NCBI GenBank assembly: GCA_001606155.1
Contig: LODT01000042.1
Location: forward strand, 143,758-207,757
DNA: 64,000 nucleotides
From: Tieghemostelium lacteum
Lineage: Eukaryota
Direction: 5' to 3'
Position numbers and translations under genes: made by a program. The notes under the pieces are model-generated. The model was not told where the DNA came from. It worked only from the letters and a program-made list of their open reading frames with translations, and did not search any database. Below are positions 1 to 11,116 of this stretch, piece by piece; the first letter of the stretch is position 1; each line of letters starts with the position of its first letter.

Positions 1-2759
1 TAAAATAGAATTATTTAATTAAAATTCTAAATCTCACTTTTTTTACATCTATAAGATAAAAAAAACTAAAAAAAAAATAATACCAATATTTCCTAAGAGA
101 AAAGGTATTAAATTAAAAAGTAGTGAGGTGATTTAAAATCATATTATAAAAACTACATTCATTTTTGGGATTAATAAACTATTATAGAAAATACATAAAA
201 AATTTAACTTTCATAATAGAACCTTTACAATCACTATTAAATGAAAAATTAAAATATAAAAATTCTAAAAAGACAAATGTAAAAATATCGTTAAATGAAA
301 AAGAAAGAGAAACCTTTCTTAAACTAAAACAATTAATTTCTAATGAAAATTATTTGTTTATTCCAAATTTCAAAGAGAGATTCTACATTGAAACAGATGC
401 ATCAGAAATTGGAATAGGATATCATATTTATCAACTGATAAATAATGAAAAGAGAATCATTTTATTTAACTCTAAAAAGTTCTCTCCAGCAGAAACTCAC
501 TACCCAGTAATGGAAAAAGAACTATTGAGTATAGTAAAAGCTCTTAAACAAAACTATTATATGTTATTTAATTATCCTATTACTATATATACCGATCATA
601 AAAATCTTATACATAAAGATACAGGACCAACATTTACTACAAATGCAAGGTTAATTAGATGGATGCAATTCATAGAGTTATTTAATCCAGATATAAAATA
701 TATTAAAGGAGAAAATAATGTAATCTCAGATGGTCTATCAAGATATACCATAAACAATATCATCCAAGATACCCAAAATAGTATAAACAATCAGAATAAT
801 GATATTTCTAGTTTATATATACCTACACTAGATGATGATTTTTTAATCAATATCATTAAAGAAGGTTATAATAGGGATCTAAAGGAAGATGACATATGGT
901 ATAAACATGATAAAAATGTCAAAGAGATTAACAAACTCTATTATATAGAGGATAAAATAATTCTACCAATTAATACTCAAACTGTCCAAACAATAACTAA
1001 ACTATTCCATGATGGAAAAATGATGGGACATATGAGTTATTTTAAAACTATAGAGTTAATGAAAAGATACTTCTACACAAGTAAATCTAATAAGACTATT
1101 AAAAACTATATTGAGTCATGTCATATATGTAAAGCAAACACTGACAATCACGGAAAGGAATTAGGTCTATTAAAACCACTACCAATTCCTAATACACTGT
1201 TTGATTCAATATCTATGGATTATATATTTGTTCCAGAAATAACAAATTCTGAAAATAAATATAATAGAATTTGGATCATCATAGATCGACTCTCTAAATA
1301 TCATATTTTAATCCCTACACATAGTACTTATAATTCTAAACAAACTACCCAAATATTTATGGATAAATACATATCTAAATATGGAGTACCTACTTCTATT
1401 TATACAGATAATGATCCACAATTTATATCCAAAGTATGGGAAGATTTAATGTCTACAATAGGTAGCAAACATAATAAATCGATCGCTTATCACCAACAAG
1501 CCAATGGACAAGCGGAAAGAAGTGTGAGAACGATTAGTAATATCCTAAGGAAACTAATAAATGATAATAAAATTAGTACTCCTATATATAGAGAAGATGA
1601 CGATGACGAAGATGACCCTGACTATGATAAAAATGATTGGGTTTACTTGTTACCATTCATAGAATTTGCAATAAACAATTCTAAATCAAACTCTACTAAA
1701 TATACACCTTTCAACATCCTATATGGAATACATCCAAACATACCTTTAGGATTAATAAAAAGGGTAGATAATAAAGAAGAAAGCTATATTAAAGCACTAT
1801 TTAACGATAGAAGAATAATTATTAATATTGTTAAAGAAGAGTTAAAAAAGAATAACATAATCAATAGTAAATACTATAATAACAATAAAGTAGCAAATAC
1901 TATAGCTATTGGTGATATGATTTATGTAAAAAGAACAAAGGGAAAAAAGAAATTAGATAATACATATTATGGACCCTTTAAAGTAACTGATGTAACTCTC
2001 GACAATGATCGAATTTATTTCAAATACTGTGATGAATACAATATCATATCTATGGCGCCTTCTAATTATGTTAGAAAAGCTACATTTAGATTTGGAGAAG
2101 GGGAGGAAGAAGTAAACCTTACACCCCCTATTGATAAACAAAATCATAAAACAAAACCACAACAAAACATTGATAATAATGAGATACCAAACATTATTAG
2201 TAGCAATGAAATACCAAATACTATTGATGACAATGAAAAACCTAATAACAATGTTGATAACAATATTAATGATAAAAATATTAATTTACCAAAAAGAGAT
2301 AATCAAAATGATAAAATGGAAATTAATAATTCCATAGATCCAACAGATCCAGATATTGAAATGACTGATAAAATCTATTATGATAAACATTTTAAAAATG
2401 AAGTACATGAGTTACCATTAATTATTAAAAATAGTATTAATGAAAATACTCTTCCTTCAAAAACAATAGAGGCTATGAAAAATCTTATTAAATATGAAGA
2501 TTCAATAGACTTTCATAAATACTCTACAAATAATAATGAAAAATATATATTAGATATATTAGAAACACCTGGAAAAAATGGAATCAATGCTGGTTTCAAA
2601 ATTCTAGCAAGAAGAAATGTTCCAACAAAAAATAGATATACAGTCCAATATCTAATCATTATCTCAAAAACTAGAGCCTGGATTAATAATACCAGACTAG
2701 GTAAATACAAAACAGAAATTATGAATTTCAATAAGAAATTGATAGGAACATCAAAGTAA
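1..2759 (+). mobile_element. Partial Ty3/gypsy-type LTR retrotransposon (chromovirus / Skipper-like). Only the 3' part of pol is present, and the element continues left of the window.
   Basis: The long ORF contains the RT-thumb/connection motif GLINYYRKYI, the RNase H motif TDASEIGIGY, an integrase HHCC zinc finger (H..H...CHICK), the DDE core (DYIFV ... IYTDNDPQF ... ERSVRTI) and a GPF/Y module (YYGPFKV). A long Asn-rich C-terminal extension follows, and a possible chromodomain-like stretch lies near the C-terminus. The region just upstream at 129-131 has an in-frame stop, so the RT part is in another frame or missing. Confidence 0.8.
165..2759 (+). CDS. Retrotransposon Pol fragment (RNase H, integrase, Asn-rich tail). 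The track start at 165 is a TTG.
   Basis: The motifs listed above are all in this frame. There is no ATG at the track start, and an in-frame TGA lies at 129-131. Confidence 0.8.
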   Translation: MGLINYYRKYIKNLTFIIEPLQSLLNEKLKYKNSKKTNVKISLNEKERETFLKLKQLISNENYLFIPNFKERFYIETDASEIGIGYHIYQLINNEKRIILFNSKKFSPAETHYPVMEKELLSIVKALKQNYYMLFNYPITIYTDHKNLIHKDTGPTFTTNARLIRWMQFIELFNPDIKYIKGENNVISDGLSRYTINNIIQDTQNSINNQNNDISSLYIPTLDDDFLINIIKEGYNRDLKEDDIWYKHDKNVKEINKLYYIEDKIILPINTQTVQTITKLFHDGKMMGHMSYFKTIELMKRYFYTSKSNKTIKNYIESCHICKANTDNHGKELGLLKPLPIPNTLFDSISMDYIFVPEITNSENKYNRIWIIIDRLSKYHILIPTHSTYNSKQTTQIFMDKYISKYGVPTSIYTDNDPQFISKVWEDLMSTIGSKHNKSIAYHQQANGQAERSVRTISNILRKLINDNKISTPIYREDDDDEDDPDYDKNDWVYLLPFIEFAINNSKSNSTKYTPFNILYGIHPNIPLGLIKRVDNKEESYIKALFNDRRIIINIVKEELKKNNIINSKYYNNNKVANTIAIGDMIYVKRTKGKKKLDNTYYGPFKVTDVTLDNDRIYFKYCDEYNIISMAPSNYVRKATFRFGEGEEEVNLTPPIDKQNHKTKPQQNIDNNEIPNIISSNEIPNTIDDNEKPNNNVDNNINDKNINLPKRDNQNDKMEINNSIDPTDPDIEMTDKIYYDKHFKNEVHELPLIIKNSINENTLPSKTIEAMKNLIKYEDSIDFHKYSTNNNEKYILDILETPGKNGINAGFKILARRNVPTKNRYTVQYLIIISKTRAWINNTRLGKYKTEIMNFNKKLIGTSK

Positions 2760-3132
2760 TTTTCTCATTCATATGACATTATATAAAGATCATTTTTAAA
2801 TGAGTTTTTTGTTGCTTGATTTCCAAGATGATACAACTATTCTTTAAAGAAAGGGAGTGTAATATATTACATTACTATATCGAGAATTACTATATATGTA
2901 ATCTATTATGCTTACTACAATCTAATAATAATTAGTAATCTTACTTCCATTTATAGAATATCTGTAATCTCTAAGAAAACTATAAATACTTAAACAATCC
3001 TAATAAACACAAGACTTTTAATAAGAACTATAATCTTATATATTATACAATCTTAATTATATTTCAACTCTTAATTTTATTACTTTGTTATTCATATATA
3101 TATAATCATTATATCTTAAATCAGCACTATAA

Positions 3133-4975
3133 ATTATTACAGTAACTGGTGGAATAGGTATAGGAAAAACTCGTTTTGGATACCAGGTTGGGAAGGAACT
3201 ACAAAAATTATTAGAAACAAAGCAATTCACACTATTTGCTCACATTACTATGAATTTTTATAGCGCTGATGGGTTCTTTAATGGCACAGACAACAAAGAA
3301 AATTTCTTTGCCCAATGTTTTGCTTCACATTTCTACTTTAGACAACCATATTCAGAAGGAAAGTCACTCAAATTTCCCAAGAACCTCACTTTTAGTATGA
3401 TATCACGGGATATCAAACAAAGACTAAATCTATATGCAGAAAACCGTCTTCTCATTTTTCTTCACTTGGATGAATTTTATGCACTAACTTCTTCCAACCC
3501 CAATGCACATCTTCTGGATTCAATTATTCGTTACTTGGTAGAGTTTATGCTTTGCCAAAGTTTTGATAATCATATATGTATCTTACCTCTCCTTACTGGT
3601 ACTAATTTTTCCACTGGAAATGACAGTATCACGGGTTCAAAGATCACACCACACTATATAACTCTATTCCCACTAAGTAATGATATTATATATTCAATCA
3701 TCTATAAAATGTGTGATACAAAAATTGATCAATTGAAACTTAAAGAATTTCCAAGTTTCAAGTTTTCAATTGAATCTTTGGGTGGTATACCTCGTTTTGC
3801 TGAACAGTTTATTCGTTCTCTGAATAATGAAGATGTGGATACCCTTACCGACAGATATACCATAGTACAAAAGGTCTATCAAAGCGTTATCGATGGAGTT
3901 TCAAATTTGTACTTTTATCAGTGGAATGATATCATAAAGGGTCATAAACTTGCATCTATTAATCTTATCATTTTTTCACTCATCCAAAGAGAGATAAAGT
4001 TGTCAGACAAACTGAATGGAATCACTGTGCGAGATATTCAAGATTCTGGTGTAATTTTTCTCAAACCAACCGCAAACCAAAACTTGTTCACTATAACTCT
4101 ACCAATTACTTTAATACAAGCTATTAATCAACGTTTGCATTTTGTGGATAGTAAAGCTCTGGATTTTACCTCTAACATTGACGCTGACCTATTTGAATCT
4201 GTAATGATTGCGCTACAGACACTTAGACAGAATCTACTTTTTCAAAGGAAAAAATATCCAGGTCATACCCCTATAACATTTAGAGATCTCTATCCAGGTG
4301 CAATTGGACACCAAGAAGATCTTAATTTTGAGGTACCTATAGAGGAATTAGAAGCGGTGAATTGTATAGGAAACCAAGGAAATCACGAAGGAGTTCACAG
4401 TTTCGACCTTAATAAAATGCCAATTAGAGGTTCTGAAAGCCCAATCAATCTGCTAACAGTATGTATCATATTTGTAGTTGATTCATCCATTATACCACTA
4501 ACCCTCTATCCATTTCTAGTCTAAAAAGCAATACCTTATTAGGAATGTTCCCATGGCACCATCATTTGATGCTTTTATATTTCACTCTAATAATTGCAAG
4601 GAGGCTATTCAATATAAATCATACCAAGATATCTCCAATGGAACACAACCAACTCGACAAATTTGTCTTACTGATATTAAAAAAGAGATTATAAAAATAT
4701 CCAATAATCACAATCGCTTATATAATCAGCCATCATCAACCAATTTGAGCCCAGAGGTTAAATTATGTTTAATCTCCAACAAACCATTTAAGGATTTTGA
4801 AAAATTCAAAAATGAATTATCTACAACTCCATCAATAACTGGTTTTCCCAAAGGATTAATATTAGTTAGCAATGAAACCTTCACCACTTTTGCTGCACAA
4901 TTTGCTCATTTTGCAACTTTTAGAGAATATCACTCAGAGGTATGTTATTATACATTCACAACAAGAATAATTTGA
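3133..4975 (+). CDS. STAND-type (NB-ARC/AP-ATPase-like) P-loop NTPase as a two-exon ORF, about 3133..4458 and 4520..4975. It may be 5'-truncated or have an unresolved upstream exon.
   Basis: A Walker A motif IITVTGGIGIGKTRF lies at about 3133-3177, in frame and just upstream of the track ORF. A Walker B motif LLIFLHLDEF follows, then a sensor-like LPLLTGTN and a GLPL-like SLGGIPRFAEQF. A 61-nt GTATGT...TAG intron (4459..4519) joins track ORFs 3250..4524 and 4553..4975 in frame. GC3 codon usage (GCT, GGC, CGT, CTC) is visibly richer than in neighbouring genes. An in-frame TAA sits 4 codons upstream of the P-loop. Confidence 0.5.
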
Positions 4976-5558
4976 ATTATTTTGACTAATTTATTTTATA
5001 GTTTTGTTAAAAGGATAGTCAAGGAGATGGGATGGACATATAAGTTGACCGAATACAAACAGATCCACAAATACTCCATGTACGACATGGTGACAATATA
5101 AAACTTAAGTTTCAGGTGTTCAAAACTTCTTGGCAAAAGTTAAAAAATTAAATATTTTAATTTTGATATTACTAGAATTGATGGAGAATTTCAAATGTTA
5201 AAATTAAATTCATTTGAATTAGTTGTTCAAATAAATTTGAGTTCCACTATATTTTTTTCAATCAACAAAATTTAATAATCAACAAGCATTTATCTCTTGT
5301 ATTTTTCTGTGTATTTAGGGATTTTTATTAATTTAATAATATTATTACTAATATCTAATACCAAGTGTGATGACATCAGTTTTAAAATATCTGGGGTTTT
5401 GAATAAATTTTATTCAAAATAAATTGAGTTTTTTGACCAGCTAGGACCAAAGAAATATCTAATGAAAAATAAATATCTGCGGTATTAAAAGTTGAAATTT
5501 TGAAAAGCCTTCTGCATTATTATATAAAATCATATTGAAGTCACTACTCAAATATTAA

Positions 5559-6296
5559 ATGTTTAGTAATCAACAATTATTATTTTCAAGTGTAACTTTA
5601 CTGTTGCTTATTGGTACTGTTATGGCTGTTACCTATCTAGAAATGACACCATATGCCACCAGTGACTGCACTGGTGAAGAATCAGGAGTTGGCTTTTCTT
5701 TCCAAGTCGGTGCATGTATACCTATTGGTTTGATAGCCTTTGAAGTCAAGAACTATAAAGTCACTGTAGACAACTCTAAATCCAATGCTACTATTGCTGA
5801 ATACAAAGACGATGACATGGAATGCACTGAAGCCATACCCAATTCACCTGTCAGTTCCTATGAAATTGGTGGATGTTACAATGCACCTAGTTATGGTGAC
5901 TTTGAATGGTTTGAATTTTTCAATTATGTTTTAGTAACTCTTGTTGAGGATCCAGGTGCTACACCAGAGTATGGTCTAAGAAGTACATCTTACAGTGAAA
6001 ATACCTGTGGTTCTGATCCTCTATACTACTATTACTACACCAATCAAACTACATATCATGTAAACCACACTAATTACTATAGCTGGTATTGTTCATATAA
6101 TTCACGTATGTATTTACTTTATAGTCAAAAGATACTTTTGTCAACACCTAACACTAACACCCATCTTTAAAATGTAGCAATGATTATGTATTGTCCAGAT
6201 GGTCCAGAGACATGTACCTCTTCTTATAATGATATGCCATGTACACGTAACTTGAACTTTATACACGAAAAAGTTTACTTTTTAAATTCATGTTAA
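5559..6296 (+). CDS. Secreted Cys-containing, Tyr-rich protein of unknown function. Exons are about 5559..6105 and 6178..6296.
   Basis: There is an N-terminal signal peptide (LLFSSVTLLLLIGTVMA). A GTATGT...TAG intron of about 72 nt restores the frame to a C-terminal exon (MIMYCPDGPETC...). Confidence 0.5.
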
Positions 6297-6432
6297 TACA
6301 ATTTTAAATTTAATAATAGGGGTTATTATAACTCTCTAGCGTTTCACATCATTGTTGTTTTCAAAAAACATGATATTTTATTTTTGAGAAACTGGGAAAA
6401 CTGATTTGTTTTTAATTTGAACAACATAAGAC

Positions 6433-7902
6433 ATGTTTAAAAAAGACAATTGCAAAGATGGTAAACATTTTAAAAGTTTATTGTATTGTTTTAGTTGTAA
6501 GACTGAATCCTTTTGTAAAAGATGTAAATGCTATCCAGATCATAAAGGACATGAATTTGTAGAAATTGATATTTTCTATGTCGAGATGGTAAAGAATTCA
6601 TCAATTCATATGGACACAATAAAGAGTCGAATATCAAATCAACAAAAACAAAGAGAGGATATTGAAAAAGAGTTTAGAGAGCAGGTTGAAGAGTTCTATA
6701 GAGTACAAGTAGAGGACATTGGAAAACATTTTAGAGAACTACATGATCAATTGCATTTCAAAGAACTTGAACTCAAGAGAGAACTGAAATCTTATCATGA
6801 TGAAAATGTGGAGTTGTATATGACAAAGTTATCAGAGTTGGATAAACAACTTCACCAGTTTACATCAGCTTTGGAGAGTCATAAACAACTGGTTTCTAAT
6901 AATAACCTGGATAACAAGGTATCTCTGATTGAGAATCATATAAGTGCGGTGAATGAGCTGAAAAGGAAACGTGATCCTATTGACTATGTAATAATGACAC
7001 CTATTCTAAAGTACAACCCTGATGAAATGCAATTGGTAACCAAGGAGGACAAGTGGGCTAGATACTTTTTCAATTTTTTGATTCCAACCAAGGAGATTGA
7101 AAGAGTGGATATTATAGATGATACCTCAACCATACAGAAATTTGAAGAGTCACCTGAGTGGGGTTTTACCAATGTTTCAAAGTGTCAAGTAGACGACTTA
7201 CTTTACTATGTATTTGGGGAGGGAAAATACTTTGTTGTAAATATTGAACCTTTTAATACCAAAGAGAAACCAGAGTGGAGTCAAGGTCTGTTGAACTTTG
7301 GTAACCCATATGCATACTCAACACACAATACCATCTATGACGGTATAGGTACCATTTACTTTGCCGGTGGATATTCAATTGAAAATATAAATTATATCGA
7401 TCTGTACAGGATTAATGTCAATGACCATGTACCCCAGAAACTAGGTGTAATGTCTAAAGTCTACATTAACTACATCAACTTAGGTATAGATAAAGATTGT
7501 GTCTATATCATTGGACGAAACGGTACTTTTGTAGGCACTAGAATAGACCAATACAAGATTAAAACCGGTAAATTTGAGTTGATTGAAGACATGAGGATCG
7601 ATAGTGTAGGTGCATGTTTTGACAGTGTCAATCAAAAGTTCTATATCGTCAGCATTCACGATTCCATCAATGTAGGATTGATTGAATATTCACTAGCAAA
7701 CAAACAAAAGGTTACACTACCCAAATCACCAATCAATCAAATGCCTGACCAACCATTTGGCTTCATAAAACCCTATATATACGGTATAAAAAACATGTAT
7801 GTTATTTTTCGTTATGATTATCAACATCCAAGTTTTCTATTTAAATATCATATCCTTGATAAACAGTGGAGTAAAACAAAGATTAAGAGAAATAACCTTT
7901 AA
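6433..7902 (+). CDS. B-box zinc finger, coiled-coil, Kelch-repeat protein (paralog A).
   Basis: An N-terminal Cys/His cluster (CKDGKHFKSLLYCFSCKTESFCKRCKCYPDHKGH) is followed by a heptad-rich segment (ELKRELKSYHDENVELY). C-terminal Kelch-like GG motifs are present (TIYFAGGYS, VYIIGRNG). It is paralogous to the minus-strand gene at 18684..20320. Confidence 0.65.
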   Translation: MFKKDNCKDGKHFKSLLYCFSCKTESFCKRCKCYPDHKGHEFVEIDIFYVEMVKNSSIHMDTIKSRISNQQKQREDIEKEFREQVEEFYRVQVEDIGKHFRELHDQLHFKELELKRELKSYHDENVELYMTKLSELDKQLHQFTSALESHKQLVSNNNLDNKVSLIENHISAVNELKRKRDPIDYVIMTPILKYNPDEMQLVTKEDKWARYFFNFLIPTKEIERVDIIDDTSTIQKFEESPEWGFTNVSKCQVDDLLYYVFGEGKYFVVNIEPFNTKEKPEWSQGLLNFGNPYAYSTHNTIYDGIGTIYFAGGYSIENINYIDLYRINVNDHVPQKLGVMSKVYINYINLGIDKDCVYIIGRNGTFVGTRIDQYKIKTGKFELIEDMRIDSVGACFDSVNQKFYIVSIHDSINVGLIEYSLANKQKVTLPKSPINQMPDQPFGFIKPYIYGIKNMYVIFRYDYQHPSFLFKYHILDKQWSKTKIKRNNL

Positions 7903-8037
7903 ATAAATTACTGAATACATAAATTCATTGTTTATTGTAGTATGGAATATTGCAGATCAAATTTATTTATTTCTTTTAATTTAAATTAAAATAAATTTAT
8001 TTTCAAATTTATTTATAAAAAAAATTGTATTTTGAAA

Positions 8038-8977
8038 ATGAGAAGAGGTGTGGGATTAGCTTCAATTCAAAAGAATCAATTACAACAAAAACAACTTCAA
8101 AGTGTTGGTGAACAAATAACAGCAGAAAATGTAAATAAAATAAAAGAACAATTGATTATATTCAAAGAGAATTTAGAGCAATTTGCAATAAAACATAAAA
8201 AAGACATTATAAAGAATCCTGAATTTAGAAAACATTTTCAAGATATGTGTAATTCTATAGGTGTTGATCCTTTAGCATGTAGGTTTTATTGTTCAACTTT
8301 AGTATTTGGTGATTTAATCAATCTAACACTCATTTGATTAAAAGCAAATAAAGGATTTTGGAGTCAAGTTTTAGGTGTAGGTGATTTCTATTATGAATTA
8401 GGTGTACAGATTATCGAAGTTTGTCTTAAATACAGATCTACAAATGGTGGATTTATGGATATTAAGGTACTTTTAAACCAAGTTATTAAAATGAGAGGTA
8501 AAAACTCTCAAGAGATCAGTGTGTAGGTTTCATATTATTGGATATTATCATTATTATTGATATCTAATCTATTATATATACTTTAGAAATGATATAGAAT
8601 GTGCAATTTCAAAACTAAAAGTTTTAGGTAATGGTTATAATATATTAAAAATTGAAAATAAGAAGATAGTTCAATCAGTACCATGTGAAATTTCAAAAGA
8701 TCACACTGATATTCTAATTCATTCACAAGAAAAAGGTTTTACAACTGTTTCTGATTTAATTAAAATTTTAAAATGGGATAATGATAGAATTAATAATGCA
8801 CTTGTAAGTTACTTTACAAAATTCAGTTTTTACAAATAGATTATAACTAATATGTATCTTCAAAAAATTAAATAACAGAACTTTTTATTAACAGAAGGTA
8901 TAGCATGGATAGATACACAATCGAGTGAAACTATTTATTGGTTTCCAAGTTTATGGTCGAATACATTTGATAATTAA
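8038..8977 (+). CDS. vps22: ESCRT-II subunit Vps22/SNF8 (EAP30 family). There are four exons: about 8038..8278, 8345..8522, 8587..8803 and 8879..8977.
   Basis: The sequence is collinear with SNF8: MRRGVG...NPEFRKHFQDMCNSIGVDPLA | SNKGFWSQVLGVGDFYYELGVQIIEVC... | ...IECAISKLKVLGNGYNILKIENKK... | LNFLLTEGIAWIDTQSSETIYWFPSLW. The three introns are 64-75 nt with GT..AG borders, and phases are consistent. Confidence 0.85.
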
Positions 8978-9070
8978 ATTATTTAACAGTGTGCTTTTAT
9001 TATTTGTTATTATTATTATTTGTTGATATTGTTATTTTTATTAAATTGTAATTGTGGTTTCTTTTTAAGT

Positions 9071-11116
9071 TTAACTATTGGTACCTCTAGAAGAGAAACC
9101 TTGTCTAATGGGTCTAGCCATATTTTTCTTTACATTGGTTAGAATCCATTTATTATTGTGTAGGTTATAGATGGAGATGGATTTATCAAAAGAACCCAAC
9201 CAAATATAAGAGTCACCACCCTTGTGATTGGGTACCTCAATGATAGAACTGATGGCATCTGAATGACATCCTTTGAGACTACACTGAATTTCTTTTGTTT
9301 TTGGATCGAATATTCTAATTTGAGTATCCCAAAAACTAGCCCAAATCTCCTTGTTGAGGGTTGCCAAATTGAATATCTTATCCCACCCTTGATTGGTAAT
9401 CTTGTGAATTGGTTTAAATGTGTTGGCATTGAATATTTGAATAGTACCTTCATCACCGCCTATCCAAACTGTCTCAAGACCTCCTTCTTCTTCTATACAA
9501 GTTATTCTCTTTGGTCTCTTCTCTTGAATCTCTTGTTGATTTACTAGATCCTTAGTTTTGGTATCCCATATATACAGTGTCTTATCCGATGAACATCCCC
9601 AAATCTTTGAAGCACCTACTTTGGCCATTGCCAAAATGTACACTCCCTTCATGAAGATATCAGTACTTATAGGCCTGCTGAAATCAGTAGATGCTCTGAC
9701 ATCAGGTGTCTGTGCAGATGCATTCTTTGGCAGATCGTCTATATCGTAAATGTTGATTACCTGTGCTCCTCCAACCCACATTTGCTTGAACTGACTCTCA
9801 CAAAGTGAGTATGCTTCACCAGGCACACGAGCAATCAATTTACAATTACTCGAATCCCAGATACTGGTACTCAATGAAGTAGCAGTCCATATACAGTCGT
9901 TACTGGAAACTGTCATCTGATAGACTGCTCCTGTATTCTGTTCGTCTTCCGACCCAAAAACAGAAAGTTCTTCAATTAATTTTCTATTTTGCGAATCCCA
10001 CACTTTAACACTACCTATAGAGTCCAACGACCACACCTTCTGCTCCTTGTCACAACAAACCATCATTTGCACTGACTTCTTGTGTGACAGAAGTTTACTA
10101 ATGAGATTGAACTTCTTGCCTACTTTCAAAGGCTCATCAAAGATTCTGTCATAATGGTTAATGAGTACCTCTGTAACGGAGTTGATCTTCTCAGAGGTTG
10201 CTTGAAGACTGTGAATGTCAACAGTTGATATTTCTTTTTTCCAAAATAGATTGGGTCCAAAGACTCTACCAAGGTTCTGACTAGTCATGAGATTTATAGA
10301 TTGATTAGCACTTACAAAAGTGAGAAAATGTATAATGTATTGGAATAGAATACGGTTGATAGGTGGTAACATATTAATGGTCTTTTTCAAAACCTCAAAA
10401 CCGTTTTCTTTAGTCTCTTCTGCATTGATTTGATCAGAACTTGCCAAGAAACAATCGTATAGTTCATTAGTACAAAGTGGCTCTGGAAGCTCTCTTAGAA
10501 ATTGTTTAAAGAGTACTGAAATTACATGTGGATTCTCTTCTTTTGGAAAATCAATTTCACCTCTGTTTATGGCTTGTTTTCTGGATTGAACCTCAATTTG
10601 TGATCCTGAAATTCTAAATATTCCCTCAATTCCTAAACAATAGAGAAATAGGTAATTTATGATATTTTTTACAAACAATGGTACTTTGGATTTCATATTT
10701 TCTTGTCTTGACATGAGTACATCTATTGATATACCATAAAGTGTTGTATCTACAATTGGTGTTGTGGTTTTTTCTACATGATGGTGGTGATTGTTATGAT
10801 GATGGTGATGGTTATTACTATTATTACTATTGTTATTATTGTGTTGTGATGGTGGAGGTTTAATATTATTTTGATTGTGTGGTAAAGGTTTTGGAGATGG
10901 TAGGGGTGTATTTGGTTTATTAAATTCTGTTGCTAAATTTCCACTACTATTACTACCGGTTGGTGGTAAAATAACTAAAGGAGGTGCTGTAACTAGATTT
11001 GATGTTGATTTTGAATGATTAACTGGTGCCTGAAATTTCTTTAAATTATCTTGTTTTTTAAATTTTGACTTTGGAGATATTTTAGATTTATAATCATAAT
11101 TAATATAAATGTACAT
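9071..11116 (-). CDS. RhoGAP-domain protein with C-terminal WD40-like repeats.
   Basis: The RhoGAP core GIEGIFRISGSQIEV carries the arginine finger. An N-terminal His/Asn run is present. C-terminal WD-like motifs occur (SVKVWD, TSIWDSS, LYIWDT). A possible extra 5' exon at about 11159..11308 (MSDLDSYLLVNNQ...KLN followed by GTATGT) would require an implausibly short 28-nt intron, so it is not included. Confidence 0.75.
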   Translation of the reverse strand: MYIYINYDYKSKISPKSKFKKQDNLKKFQAPVNHSKSTSNLVTAPPLVILPPTGSNSSGNLATEFNKPNTPLPSPKPLPHNQNNIKPPPSQHNNNNSNNSNNHHHHHNNHHHHVEKTTTPIVDTTLYGISIDVLMSRQENMKSKVPLFVKNIINYLFLYCLGIEGIFRISGSQIEVQSRKQAINRGEIDFPKEENPHVISVLFKQFLRELPEPLCTNELYDCFLASSDQINAEETKENGFEVLKKTINMLPPINRILFQYIIHFLTFVSANQSINLMTSQNLGRVFGPNLFWKKEISTVDIHSLQATSEKINSVTEVLINHYDRIFDEPLKVGKKFNLISKLLSHKKSVQMMVCCDKEQKVWSLDSIGSVKVWDSQNRKLIEELSVFGSEDEQNTGAVYQMTVSSNDCIWTATSLSTSIWDSSNCKLIARVPGEAYSLCESQFKQMWVGGAQVINIYDIDDLPKNASAQTPDVRASTDFSRPISTDIFMKGVYILAMAKVGASKIWGCSSDKTLYIWDTKTKDLVNQQEIQEKRPKRITCIEEEGGLETVWIGGDEGTIQIFNANTFKPIHKITNQGWDKIFNLATLNKEIWASFWDTQIRIFDPKTKEIQCSLKGCHSDAISSIIEVPNHKGGDSYIWLGSFDKSISIYNLHNNKWILTNVKKNMARPIRQGFSSRGTNS

